Part shown: piece by piece, positions 54,545-63,086 of the stretch
Layout: the number at the start of each line of letters is the position of its first letter
How positions within the stretch are numbered: position 1 is the stretch's first letter
Source: Candidatus Latescibacterota bacterium
Lineage (GTDB): Bacteria; Krumholzibacteriota; Krumholzibacteriia; WVZY01
NCBI GenBank assembly: GCA_963791045.1
Contig: CAWBQK010000017.1
Location: 204,078-268,077, forward strand
Direction of reading: 5' to 3'
Length of the DNA stretch: 64,000 nucleotides
Notes under the pieces: model-generated
Databases searched by the model: none
Told to the model about the DNA's origin: nothing
The model's input: the letters and a program-made list of their open reading frames with translations, nothing else
Translations under genes and position numbers: made by a program

Positions 54545-56258
54545 ATGCGGTGGAGCAAACTGTACCTGCCGACGTACAAGGAAAGTCCAAGCGACGCGGA
54601 AATACCGAGTCACCAACTGATGGTACGCGCGGGTCTCATCAAGAAACTCACATCGGGTGTTTACACATTTCTGCCCGTGGGTTTCAGGCGATCTAAGAAA
54701 ATCGAAAAGATCGTGCGCGAGGAAATGGATGCGATCGGATGCCAGGAGATCCTGATGCCGATTCTCCATCCGGCGGAAGTTTATGAAGAGACGGGACGAT
54801 TCGACCACTTCGGCCCCGAGCTGTTCAAACTCACCGATCGCAAGCAGCGTGTTCGCCCTTGGACCCACGCACGAAGAGGTCGTGACCGATCTCGCCCGTA
54901 ACGAGATCAGGAGTTACCGGCAGCTGCCGCAGATTCTCTACCAGATACTGACGAAATTTCGCGATGAGATACGCCCGCGTTTCGGAGTCATGCGTGCGCG
55001 GGAATTTATAATGAAAGACGCTTATAGTTTTCACGACACACACGAATCGCTTGAGGAAACCTACAAGGAAATGGCGCGGCGTACGGCCGCATTCTCGACA
55101 GGTGCGGGTTGGCCAACACGATGGTTGAGGCGGACGCGGGCGCGATAGGTGGCGACGTCAACCACGAGTTTGTTGTCTTTGCGGACGCGGGCGAAAGCGA
55201 GATATTTGCGTGCGAGTGCGGGTACACGGCGAATTCGGAGCGGGCCGAGAGCCTGGGTTCGAAAGCCGATAAAGGCGAGGAAGCGCTTCCCCAGCCCCAA
55301 CTCGTCGAAACACCCGGCCAGAAAACGGTCGAGGAGGTCAGTGGTTTTCTTGGAGTCACCCCGGCCCACCTCGTCAAAACACTTCTCTTCAAATCCAGGG
55401 AGCATGTCGTTGCCGCTCTCGTCCCCGGCGACAGAACGCTCAACGAAACCAAACTGATGAAACTTCTGGACGATCCATTTATCGAGCCTCTGGACGAGGA
55501 AGAAATTAAGAACCTGACCGGCTCGGACGTGGGGTTTTCGGGTCCGGTTGGACTTCCCGTTGGAACCAGGATTATCGCCGACCCGTTGCTCGAACGCGTA
55601 TGATGGGATGGTGGTCGGCGCCAACAAAACCGACGCGCATCTTCGCGGGGTCAAGATGGGTCGTGATTTCCAGCCGACGGAGACGGCGGATATCACGCTC
55701 GTGGAAGCGGGCGACACGTGCAAAAGGTGCGGGAAGTCGCAGGTGGCCATGCGGCGCGGCGTCGAATTGGGGCACATATTCAAGCTGGACAAGAAGTACA
55801 GCAAGAGCATGAAGGCGACTTTCCTCGACAAAGAGGGAACCGAGTGCGAGTTCATCATGGGGTGCTACGGGTTCGGTGTGTCGCGGGCCGTCGCGGCGGC
55901 GGTCGAAGCCCATCATGACGAACGCGGAATTGTGTGGCCGAAGGCGATTGCGCCCCTGCACGCGATTATTCTCCCGATCGCCGTGGGCGACGAGGGATTG
56001 ATGGCGACGGCCAACTCCGTGTACGACGAGCTGCGCGCGGCTGGCTGGGACGTTCTTATGGACGATCGCGACCTGCGTCCCGGTGTGAAATTCAAGGATG
56101 CCGACCTCGTGGGTATCCCGATACGGATTACGCTTGGCGAGCGGAACCTCAAAGAGGGCAAGATCGAAGTGTATTATCGGCAGGAGGATCGGTCCGAACT
56201 CGTGGCGCGCGACGAAGTCACGAAAGTGCTCGAGGAATATTACGGCGACGAGAAATAG
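54545..56258 (+). pseudogene. proS: prolyl-tRNA synthetase (bacterial type with INS editing domain), reading frame broken at three sites
   Basis: Four consecutive ORF-track pieces (54545-54901, 54783-55148, 55109-55603, 55548-56258; frames 2,0,2,0) join into one collinear ProRS. Joined sequence: ..[13 protein letters not shown] | [47 protein letters not shown] | [26 protein letters not shown].. | YDGMVVGANKTDAHL..GCYGFGVSR..anticodon-binding domain. Confidence 0.9.
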
Positions 56259-56265
56259 AAAAAGA

Positions 56266-56311
56266 GGCGGCCGGCGTCTTCCAACCGTTGTGTTGAAATC
56301 AGCCGGCCGCC
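56266..56311. terminator. 10-bp GC hairpin between convergent proS and rpsT (possible bidirectional terminator, no U-tract)
   Basis: GGCGGCCGGC (56266-56275) / 26-nt loop / GCCGGCCGCC (56302-56311). Confidence 0.35.
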
Positions 56312-56336
56312 ATGAGCCGAATCAATAACAGCAGAT

Positions 56337-56597
56337 CTAAGCTTTTGCGCCCGTATCCGCTCCGGCCTTTGCCGCACGCGATTTGAGACGAGCCGCCTTG
56401 TTCGGATGAACGATTCCGCGCTTCGCCGCTTTGTCCAGCACCGACTGGATCTGGCGGTTGGCCTCGTCCCGTTTCTCCTCGGGCATCGCTTTGATTGTCT
56501 TCAAAGTGGATTTCAGGGTACTCTTGGCCGCGCGGTTCCTTATCTGCTTCTTGAGATTGGTTTTGACGCGCTTTTTGGCCGATTTATGTTGTGGCAT
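56337..56597 (-). CDS. rpsT: 30S ribosomal protein S20
   Basis: 86 aa. MPQHKSAKKRVKTNLKKQIRNRAAKSTLKS... is the canonical bS20 N-terminus. SD GGGAGGA upstream. Confidence 0.95.
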   Translation of the reverse strand: MPQHKSAKKRVKTNLKKQIRNRAAKSTLKSTLKTIKAMPEEKRDEANRQIQSVLDKAAKRGIVHPNKAARLKSRAAKAGADTGAKA

Positions 56598-56639
56598 TTT
56601 CTAATCCTCCCAAATAGAATCGGATAAATATAGACTGGG

Positions 56640-56668
56640 AAATTAACACGCGATCGACCCCGAGTCAA
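56640..56668 (-). promoter_or_regulatory. candidate rpsT promoter (TTGACT, 17 nt, TAATTT on minus strand)
   Basis: Plus-strand AGTCAA 56663-56668 and AAATTA 56640-56645. Pattern only. Confidence 0.4.
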
Positions 56669-56677
56669 GGGAAAGCT

Positions 56678-57574
56678 GTGGACAATGAACTGGATACGGC
56701 GCTGGACGAATTTCTCGACTACCTGGTGAGCGAGAAAGGCCTTCTCCGAAACACCGTTGAATCCTATTCGAGAGACCTCCGGACCTATCTGGACTCCCTT
56801 GAAAAACGAGATATTTCCTCGGCAGGTAGGATCGACGTTGAAGCACTTGAGCTTCATATGGTCAGACTATCTCGCCGGGGGCTCGCGCCGGCGTCGAGGG
56901 CGCGGGCGCTCTCGGCGATTCGCCATTTCCACAAGTTCTTGATGCGGGAAGGCTCGGCGGAGACGGATGCGTCGAGCGAGATTTCCCGTCCCAAAAAGCC
57001 GAAAAGGATACCCAAGGTGCTTACCGTGGAGCAGGTCGAGCGCCTTATCGACGCCCCGCAAGACGATGCGCCGGGCATAAGGGACAAGGCGATGCTCGAG
57101 CTGGCGTACGCGGCCGGTTTGAGAGTCTCGGAGCTTTGCAACCTGTTATTCGAGCAAATAGTGGAGGAAGAGCGGGTGCTTGTCGTCCAGGGAAAGGGTA
57201 ACAAACAGAGGGTTGTCCCGTACGGGAAGCACGCTGCGAGGGCGCTCGCCGTGTACCTGTCGACGGCGCGGCCCGAATTGGCGGGAAGCCGGGTTAGTCC
57301 GTATGTGTTCCTCAACAAACACGGAAAGCCGATCTCCCGGGTTGGGTTCTTCAAACGCTTCCGGCAGCACGCCCGAGCGGCCGGAATCCAACGCGAGGTG
57401 AGTCCGCACGTTCTTCGCCATTCGTTCGCCACCCATCTTCTTGAGGGTGGGGCGGACCTGCGTTATGTCCAGGAACTTCTGGGGCACTCCGACATATCGA
57501 CGACACAGATCTATACGTCGGTGGACACCCGTCATCTGATAGAAGTCCATCGCGCGTTCCATCCGCGCGGGTAA
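56678..57574 (+). CDS. xerD: tyrosine recombinase XerD
   Basis: 298 aa, GTG start. LDEFLDYLVSEKGLLRNTVESYSRDL, GLRVSEL, RHSFATHLLEGGADLRYVQELLGHSDISTTQIYTSV. Confidence 0.88.
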   Translation: MDNELDTALDEFLDYLVSEKGLLRNTVESYSRDLRTYLDSLEKRDISSAGRIDVEALELHMVRLSRRGLAPASRARALSAIRHFHKFLMREGSAETDASSEISRPKKPKRIPKVLTVEQVERLIDAPQDDAPGIRDKAMLELAYAAGLRVSELCNLLFEQIVEEERVLVVQGKGNKQRVVPYGKHAARALAVYLSTARPELAGSRVSPYVFLNKHGKPISRVGFFKRFRQHARAAGIQREVSPHVLRHSFATHLLEGGADLRYVQELLGHSDISTTQIYTSVDTRHLIEVHRAFHPRG

Positions 57575-57651
57575 GAGGCGCGGGGCCGGGGGAAGCGGAT
57601 GGATAAACCCCGCCATTTGGCGAGGGGAGGGGCTTCGCGGGCCGAGACTCC

Positions 57652-57681
57652 TTGACACCCGGCAAAGAGACCGAATAGAAT
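57652..57681 (+). promoter_or_regulatory. candidate sigma-70-type promoter (TTGACA, 18 nt, TAGAAT) for scpA-scpB
   Basis: TTGACA 57652-57657, TAGAAT 57676-57681, 38 nt upstream of TTG 57719. Confidence 0.45.
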
Positions 57682-57718
57682 CGGGCGGATTTTCGCAAGA
57701 GAAAGGGACAAATCAAAC

Positions 57719-58702
57719 TTGAGCGACTCACGCGGCAACTCTTATAAAGCGGAACTCGAGGGAATCAAGGCCCCCCTCGGGGTCATCCTCTATCTTATCA
57801 AGCGGGACAACATAGATGTCTATGACATCCCGATTGCCAAGATCACAAAAGACTATCTCGAGTATCTCGACCTGATGGAGCAACTCCAGATCGATCTTGC
57901 CGGTGAGTTTTTTGTTCTCGCCGCGTCATTGATGCGTATCAAAGTGCAGATGCTTCTCAGGCGGGATGAGGATTCCGATGATCCGCGCGAAGAGCTGGTT
58001 CGAAATCTCCTCGAATACAAAAAGATGTTGGAAGCCGCGAAGTCATTCAAGGATCTCGAGAGCGAACGTCTCAAAGTTTTTAAGCGGCCCGTGCCCGACG
58101 AAGAGAAGGAACTCAAGACCGAACCTGTTTTCGAGCTCAGCTTGTTCGAGATCATGCGGGCGTTCCGCGAGATCATGTCCGAGTTCGAATCGCAGACGGT
58201 CAGGGAGATCATCCCCGAAGAGTTTACAATCGAAGAGAAGATTGAAATCATCCTCGAGCGCGTCTCGGAAGGACGCCAGGTAACGTTCAAGGAACTGTTT
58301 TCCGGGAGTTCGTCAAAACTTGAAATAGTCGTGACGTTCATCGCTATTCTCGAGTTGGTGAAACGCGCTTTCGTGAAGTGCAGACAAGAAGTGTCGTTCA
58401 ACGAAATCTGGATTTATCAAGCGGACCCGGACGAGTCCGGCGAATCCGAAGACGGTGAGTCGAACGACGCGTCCGGTCTCGATTCTCTCGATCAGGAATA
58501 TGGCACGGCGGCGCCACGTGCGGTAGCAACGCCTGTTTCAGTGCCCGCGGCGACAACCGAAGTCGAACATGCTACTCCGGCCACCCCGGACTCTCTCGAT
58601 TCGGAACCGGTCGCGCCCCCGCCGACGGAAGAAGGCCATGAACCCGAGCCCGAGAGTCCCGATGACACTTCCGCGGAAGACGTCCGTCGAGATAACAGTT
58701 GA
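57719..58702 (+). CDS. scpA: segregation and condensation protein A (kleisin) with ~85-aa acidic/Pro-rich C-terminal extension
   Basis: TTG start. APLGVILYLIKRDNIDVYDIPIAKITKDYLEYL is the ScpA N-terminus. Core ends near residue 240, followed by ADPDESGESEDGESNDASG...EPEPESPDDTSAED. Confidence 0.88.
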   Translation: MSDSRGNSYKAELEGIKAPLGVILYLIKRDNIDVYDIPIAKITKDYLEYLDLMEQLQIDLAGEFFVLAASLMRIKVQMLLRRDEDSDDPREELVRNLLEYKKMLEAAKSFKDLESERLKVFKRPVPDEEKELKTEPVFELSLFEIMRAFREIMSEFESQTVREIIPEEFTIEEKIEIILERVSEGRQVTFKELFSGSSSKLEIVVTFIAILELVKRAFVKCRQEVSFNEIWIYQADPDESGESEDGESNDASGLDSLDQEYGTAAPRAVATPVSVPAATTEVEHATPATPDSLDSEPVAPPPTEEGHEPEPESPDDTSAEDVRRDNS

Positions 58703-58746
58703 TTAGCAATACATTCACGCACAGTCCCGGAGGGCACTAGATCCGA

Positions 58747-59679
58747 ATGGATATCAAACACCTCGATGATATCGTATTAGCCGTTTTATTTGCCTCGGAC
58801 GAGGCGCTCAATTCAACCCGAATCTGTTCGGTCCTCGATGACGTATCGCCGCAAGAGGTACGCGAATCACTAAAAAGACTCGAGTCGAGTTTCGGAGCGG
58901 AAGATTCCGTGATTCGTCTCGAGAAAGTGGCGGGCGGACATCAGTTGTCGACGAGCCCGCGCTTTTCGGAATACGTGGCCAGACTTTACAGGGGCCGGCG
59001 GAAGCAGCGTTTGTCAAAGGCGGCGATGGAAACTCTGGCTATCATTGCCTACAAACAACCGGTGACGCGATCCGATATCGAAGTCATTCGTGGTGTGGGA
59101 TGCGGCGGGGTTGTGACAACGCTAATGGAAAGAACACTGATCCGTATCGTAGGGAAGGCAAAGGTTCTCGGTTCGCCTTTCCTGTATGGAACCACGCAGG
59201 AGTTCCTCGAGTATTTAGGTTTGAATAGTCTCAAGGATCTCCCGAGTCTGGAAGATCTCGAAGCCCTGCTCACAGAGGGTGCGGAAGCGGAGGCGACAGA
59301 AGAAAGTGGCGATCTGCTTGCCGGCGGAGAGATGCAAGAGACAGAGCTGGAAGATCAGGATCTCGACGATGAGGTCGCCGCAGATGACAAGCCGGTGGAT
59401 GTTGAAATCGACGACGACCAGGTGTCCGGAGTGGACGAGGGGGAAGTTGTTCCCGACGAGGGCGAACAAGAGGATCAGGAACCCGAAGGCTCCGATGGCG
59501 CGGAAGATCAAGAAGACCAAGAAGAGCTGGAAGAACCGGATGAGCCGGACGCCATCGAGCCCGATGTTGCCCCAATAGACGGCGAGGAGCCCGAATTTGA
59601 GTCCGAACATACCGAAGAAGCGGAACCCGAGGAAACCTTCGACCCCGTCGACGAAAAGCGAGAAACCGCGCGAGAGTGA
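58747..59679 (+). CDS. scpB: segregation and condensation protein B with ~120-aa Asp/Glu-rich C-terminal extension
   Basis: LAVLFASDEALNSTRI, two winged-helix units (ETLAIIAYKQPVTRSDIEVIRGV, TTQEFLEYLGLNSLKDLP), then a D/E-rich tail from about residue 185 to the stop. Confidence 0.88.
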   Translation: MDIKHLDDIVLAVLFASDEALNSTRICSVLDDVSPQEVRESLKRLESSFGAEDSVIRLEKVAGGHQLSTSPRFSEYVARLYRGRRKQRLSKAAMETLAIIAYKQPVTRSDIEVIRGVGCGGVVTTLMERTLIRIVGKAKVLGSPFLYGTTQEFLEYLGLNSLKDLPSLEDLEALLTEGAEAEATEESGDLLAGGEMQETELEDQDLDDEVAADDKPVDVEIDDDQVSGVDEGEVVPDEGEQEDQEPEGSDGAEDQEDQEELEEPDEPDAIEPDVAPIDGEEPEFESEHTEEAEPEETFDPVDEKRETARE

Positions 59680-60406
59680 GGAAATACGTCTCAACCGCTT
59701 TCTTGCGATGCTCGGCGTGGGAGCGAGACGCACGTGTGATGACATCGTGAAATCGGGCCGCGTCAAAGTGGACGATCGCGTCGTCCGCGAGCCCGGAATG
59801 CGAGTTGTCCCGGGTGTTCACAGGGTCAGCCTCGATAACACCGTTCTCGAGAAACTCCCGTATCCGGTCGTGCTCGTGCTACACAAACCCATCGGTTATG
59901 TGACGACCGTATCGGATCCTTCCAATCGTCCCACGGTCCTCGATCTGTGCAAAAAATACGCCCGTAAAAAGCGGCTTTTCCCGGTGGGGCGGCTCGACAT
60001 CAATACCTCGGGCGTGATCCTGCTGACGAACGACGGAATGTTGTGTTATCGTTTGACTCACCCACAGTTTGAAATTCCAAGAGTGTATACCGCGAAGGTG
60101 CGGGGGGTCGTCGACGAGCGTAGACTTCGACGTCTGAACAACCAGGCCGCCGGCGATCGCAGGAAAGCGGACGAGGGACGGGCCGTCGAGTATATCAGCA
60201 CAAGCGGCAAAGTTTCGACGCTCAAGATTACATTGAAGGAAGGACGAAACCGGCAGGTGAGGAAGATGTGCGAAAACGTTGGACTGCGCGTGGTCCAACT
60301 CAAAAGGGTGCAATTCGGTCCCGTCTCGGTGAGAAAACTGCCACTGGGAAGCGTGCGGCCGCTGGAGAAAAGAGAGATTGAGAAACTGATTCGACTTATG
60401 TCGTGA
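59597..60406 (+). CDS. rluB: pseudouridine synthase, RsuA/RluB family (start uncertain)
   Basis: S4 domain IRLNRFLAMLGVGARRTCDDIVKSGRVKVDD. Catalytic GRLDINTSGVILLTNDG, NRQVRKMCE. The only canonical in-frame start is TTG 59597, which overlaps the scpB tail by 83 nt. The real start may be closer to 59684. Confidence 0.8.
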   Translation: MSPNIPKKRNPRKPSTPSTKSEKPRESEEIRLNRFLAMLGVGARRTCDDIVKSGRVKVDDRVVREPGMRVVPGVHRVSLDNTVLEKLPYPVVLVLHKPIGYVTTVSDPSNRPTVLDLCKKYARKKRLFPVGRLDINTSGVILLTNDGMLCYRLTHPQFEIPRVYTAKVRGVVDERRLRRLNNQAAGDRRKADEGRAVEYISTSGKVSTLKITLKEGRNRQVRKMCENVGLRVVQLKRVQFGPVSVRKLPLGSVRPLEKREIEKLIRLMS

Positions 60407-60420
60407 CAGGAGGGATGGGA

Positions 60421-61527
60421 ATGGATCTGGACAAGCTTGCGAAGCCATTTTTGAAAGACCTTCGGCCGTACAGTCCGGGGAAACCGATCGAACAGGTTAT
60501 GCGCGAGAGAGGAATAACGGTACCGCCGATCAAACTTGCCTCGAACGAGAACCCTTACCCGCCCTACCAAAAGATACGCGATGCGATGGTTGCGGCAATC
60601 GATGACGTCAATCGTTATCCGGAGTCGGGATCGCCGGTGCTTACAGACGGCATCGCGGCGCTGTGGGGGGTCGATCGTGAGGAGATTTGTATCGGTAACG
60701 GCACAAATGAAATCATCGATCTACTGATACGCGCGTTCGTCGATACCGGCGAGAATACCGTCTTCTCGTCTTTGAGCTTCGCGATCTATAAGCTGATAAG
60801 CATGCAATGCGGCGTCGGGGGAATCGAGGTTCCGTGCTTGGACTACAAACACGATCTTCCCGCTATTGCCGCCGCGGTGACCCCCGCGACAAAGATTGTG
60901 TTTGTATGCAACCCGAACAATCCGACGGGCACCTACAACACGACACCGGAGATCGAGACATTCCTCGGCCAGGTCCCCGAAGACGTCCTGGTGGTCGTCG
61001 ACCAGGCCTACCTCGAATATGTGATGTGCGAAGACTACCCCGATATTGTCGCGCTGAGGAAGAAGCACCCGAATATCGTGTCGCTCAGAACATTCTCGAA
61101 GGTGTACTCGCTCGCCGGACTTCGAATTGGCTATGCGATCGCCGACAAAAAAGTCATCGGAATTCTTAACAAGATGAGGCAACCGTTCAATGTCAACCGC
61201 ATGGCGCAGGCGGCGGCGTTGGCCGCACTTGATTGCCGTGACGAGTTGGCGGATTACACGATCGAGAACGCGAGGGAACGCGAAAAGGTGCGAAACGCAA
61301 TCCTCGGACTTGGCTGCGAGTGCCCGCCGACGCAGACGAACTTTTTGTTTGTCATCGTCAAGGGGCTCAGCGGGAATGCGTCGAGCAGACTCGAAGACCT
61401 TGGAATCATCGTGCGTCCGATGGGCCAGTTCGGTGGTTCTGACAACTCCTTCAGGGTCAACATGGGAACACCAAAAGAGAATGACCGGTTTATCGAAGGC
61501 TTCCGCAAGATCATGAGTGAAGGGTAG
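60421..61527 (+). CDS. hisC: histidinol-phosphate aminotransferase
   Basis: ATG 60421, 7 nt after GGAGGG. LRPYSPGKP, LASNENPYPP, CNPNNPTG, PLP-lysine region FSKVYSLAGLRIGY. Confidence 0.9.
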   Translation: MDLDKLAKPFLKDLRPYSPGKPIEQVMRERGITVPPIKLASNENPYPPYQKIRDAMVAAIDDVNRYPESGSPVLTDGIAALWGVDREEICIGNGTNEIIDLLIRAFVDTGENTVFSSLSFAIYKLISMQCGVGGIEVPCLDYKHDLPAIAAAVTPATKIVFVCNPNNPTGTYNTTPEIETFLGQVPEDVLVVVDQAYLEYVMCEDYPDIVALRKKHPNIVSLRTFSKVYSLAGLRIGYAIADKKVIGILNKMRQPFNVNRMAQAAALAALDCRDELADYTIENAREREKVRNAILGLGCECPPTQTNFLFVIVKGLSGNASSRLEDLGIIVRPMGQFGGSDNSFRVNMGTPKENDRFIEGFRKIMSEG

Positions 61528-61575
61528 AGGTGCGGGGATGATTTCTCCTTATTTTTGGAAACGGAAACGCACGGC

Positions 61576-62949
61576 ATGAAGCGGCCAGACAGCGCGGAAG
61601 ACATCCTGCAGCGAATCGTCATATCGCTGGACGGCCCGGCGGGATCGGGGAAGACCACGACGGCTCGCGAAATCGCCGCTGCGCTCGATTTGCTCCATAT
61701 CGACACGGGGGCGATGTACCGGGCGGTTACGTGGAAGGCTCTCAACGATGGAGTTGATCCTGAAGACGAGCCCAGCGTGACGTCCATTGCGACGGCTATC
61801 CAACTTGATTTTCCGGACGGAGATGACGGAAACAAACGTGTCATTGCGGACGGCAACGACATAACCGGTGCGATACGCACGCTCGAGGTGACAAAAAACG
61901 TATCGGTTGTCAGCTCGTATGCCGGCGTCCGGAGGGCGATGGTCGGCCTGCAGCGTCGGTTGTCGGAGACGGGTGGCGTCGTGCTCGAAGGGCGGGATAT
62001 CGGCAGTGTGGTTCTACCGTCGGCGCACGTCAAAGTGTACCTCGACGCGTCGACCGATGAGCGCGCCGAACGACGGCGCAAGGAACTCGCACAAAAGGGT
62101 ATCGAAGAACCCTTCGATGCCATACGCGCCGATATCGAGAGACGCGATCACTTCGATTCGAACAGGGAACACAGCCCGCTTAAAATTCCCGTGGGAGCGC
62201 ATATTGTCGATACGACCTCGCTGTCCATAAGTGAACAGGTGGGCAGGGTCGTTGATATCGCAAAATCCACGGCGGCGGCGCTGTTCGAACTGGCGGCGAA
62301 GCCCGGACAGAGGGCCGAGCTAACCAGGAAGGCCTTTCACTACGAGTTGATCCGCCGATTCGCCCTCGTGTGCGCCAAGCTTCTTTTCGGGCTCCGGATC
62401 CAAAAGAAGGACGAGATTCCCTATGTGGAGAACTTTATCTACGCCTCGAACCACAAGTCGAATGCCGATCCGCCTGTTATCGCGGGAACCGTGACCCGTG
62501 AGCTGGCCTTTGTCGCCAAGCGAAAGCTGTTCAAACTGCCGCTGCTCGGGGCCCTGATCCGGTCTCTCAACGCGTTTCCGACCCGAAGGGACATGTTCGA
62601 CCGGGGTGCAATGGAGCATTGCCTGTCGGAACTCAACAGGGGACTGAGTCTCCTGATTTTCCCGGAGGGACACCGGATACGGGGCGAGGACCTTGGGCCC
62701 GGAAAACCGGGAATTGGCTATATAGCTCTGAATTCAGGAGTTGCCGTCGTTCCCGTCTTTCTCTCCGGTACCGGCAATCTCAAATCTGCCTTTTTGCGCC
62801 GGCCGCGTATCACGGTCATCCACGGGCGCCCCATCAGGCTCGCCGACCCTTCCAAAATCGATCCGACCTCGGAGAACTGCCGGGAATTCACCAATATGGT
62901 GATGTGCGCGATCGACGGGCTGCGTGAGGAATACGAGCGGGGCCGATAG
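61576..62949 (+). CDS. cmk: fusion protein: cytidylate kinase (N) + 1-acyl-sn-glycerol-3-phosphate acyltransferase PlsC-like (C)
   Basis: One uninterrupted frame. Cmk part: ISLDGPAGSGKTTTAREIA, IDTGAMYRAVT, GRDIGSVVLP. After about residue 240: a hydrophobic helix, then acyltransferase motifs ASNHKSNADP (HX4D), FVAKRKLF, IFPEGHR, VVPVFLSG. Start could be TTG 61555. Confidence 0.85.
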   Translation: MKRPDSAEDILQRIVISLDGPAGSGKTTTAREIAAALDLLHIDTGAMYRAVTWKALNDGVDPEDEPSVTSIATAIQLDFPDGDDGNKRVIADGNDITGAIRTLEVTKNVSVVSSYAGVRRAMVGLQRRLSETGGVVLEGRDIGSVVLPSAHVKVYLDASTDERAERRRKELAQKGIEEPFDAIRADIERRDHFDSNREHSPLKIPVGAHIVDTTSLSISEQVGRVVDIAKSTAAALFELAAKPGQRAELTRKAFHYELIRRFALVCAKLLFGLRIQKKDEIPYVENFIYASNHKSNADPPVIAGTVTRELAFVAKRKLFKLPLLGALIRSLNAFPTRRDMFDRGAMEHCLSELNRGLSLLIFPEGHRIRGEDLGPGKPGIGYIALNSGVAVVPVFLSGTGNLKSAFLRRPRITVIHGRPIRLADPSKIDPTSENCREFTNMVMCAIDGLREEYERGR

Positions 62950-63006
62950 ACGGACCCCCTCTTGTCCCAGTCCTATCGGCAAAATCATCCTATTTATACT
63001 TTTCAT

Positions 63007-63035
63007 TTGCATTTATCAGGATTCGGGATTATTAT
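63007..63035 (+). promoter_or_regulatory. candidate sigma-70-type promoter (TTGCAT, 17 nt, TATTAT) for rpsA
   Basis: TTGCAT 63007-63012, TATTAT 63030-63035, 52 nt upstream of ATG 63087. Confidence 0.45.
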
Positions 63036-63086
63036 TCTCGGGTCATTTTTATGACAAAAATCTACTGTAAAGGGGGAATTTTTTTT

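Noticed and set aside
53227-54579. 450-aa minus-strand ORF antisense to the Omp85-fusion gene. Similar long shadow ORFs: 14697-15920(-), 31905-33014(-), 1998-3023(-), 61254-62123(-), 22285-23154(-), 4822-5832(+), 20154-21170(+), 104-1060(+)
   Set aside because: Each lies antisense to a gene with strong family motifs. Each has low-complexity R/S/P/G-rich translations and lacks plausible starts with SD sequences. Treated as non-coding shadows.
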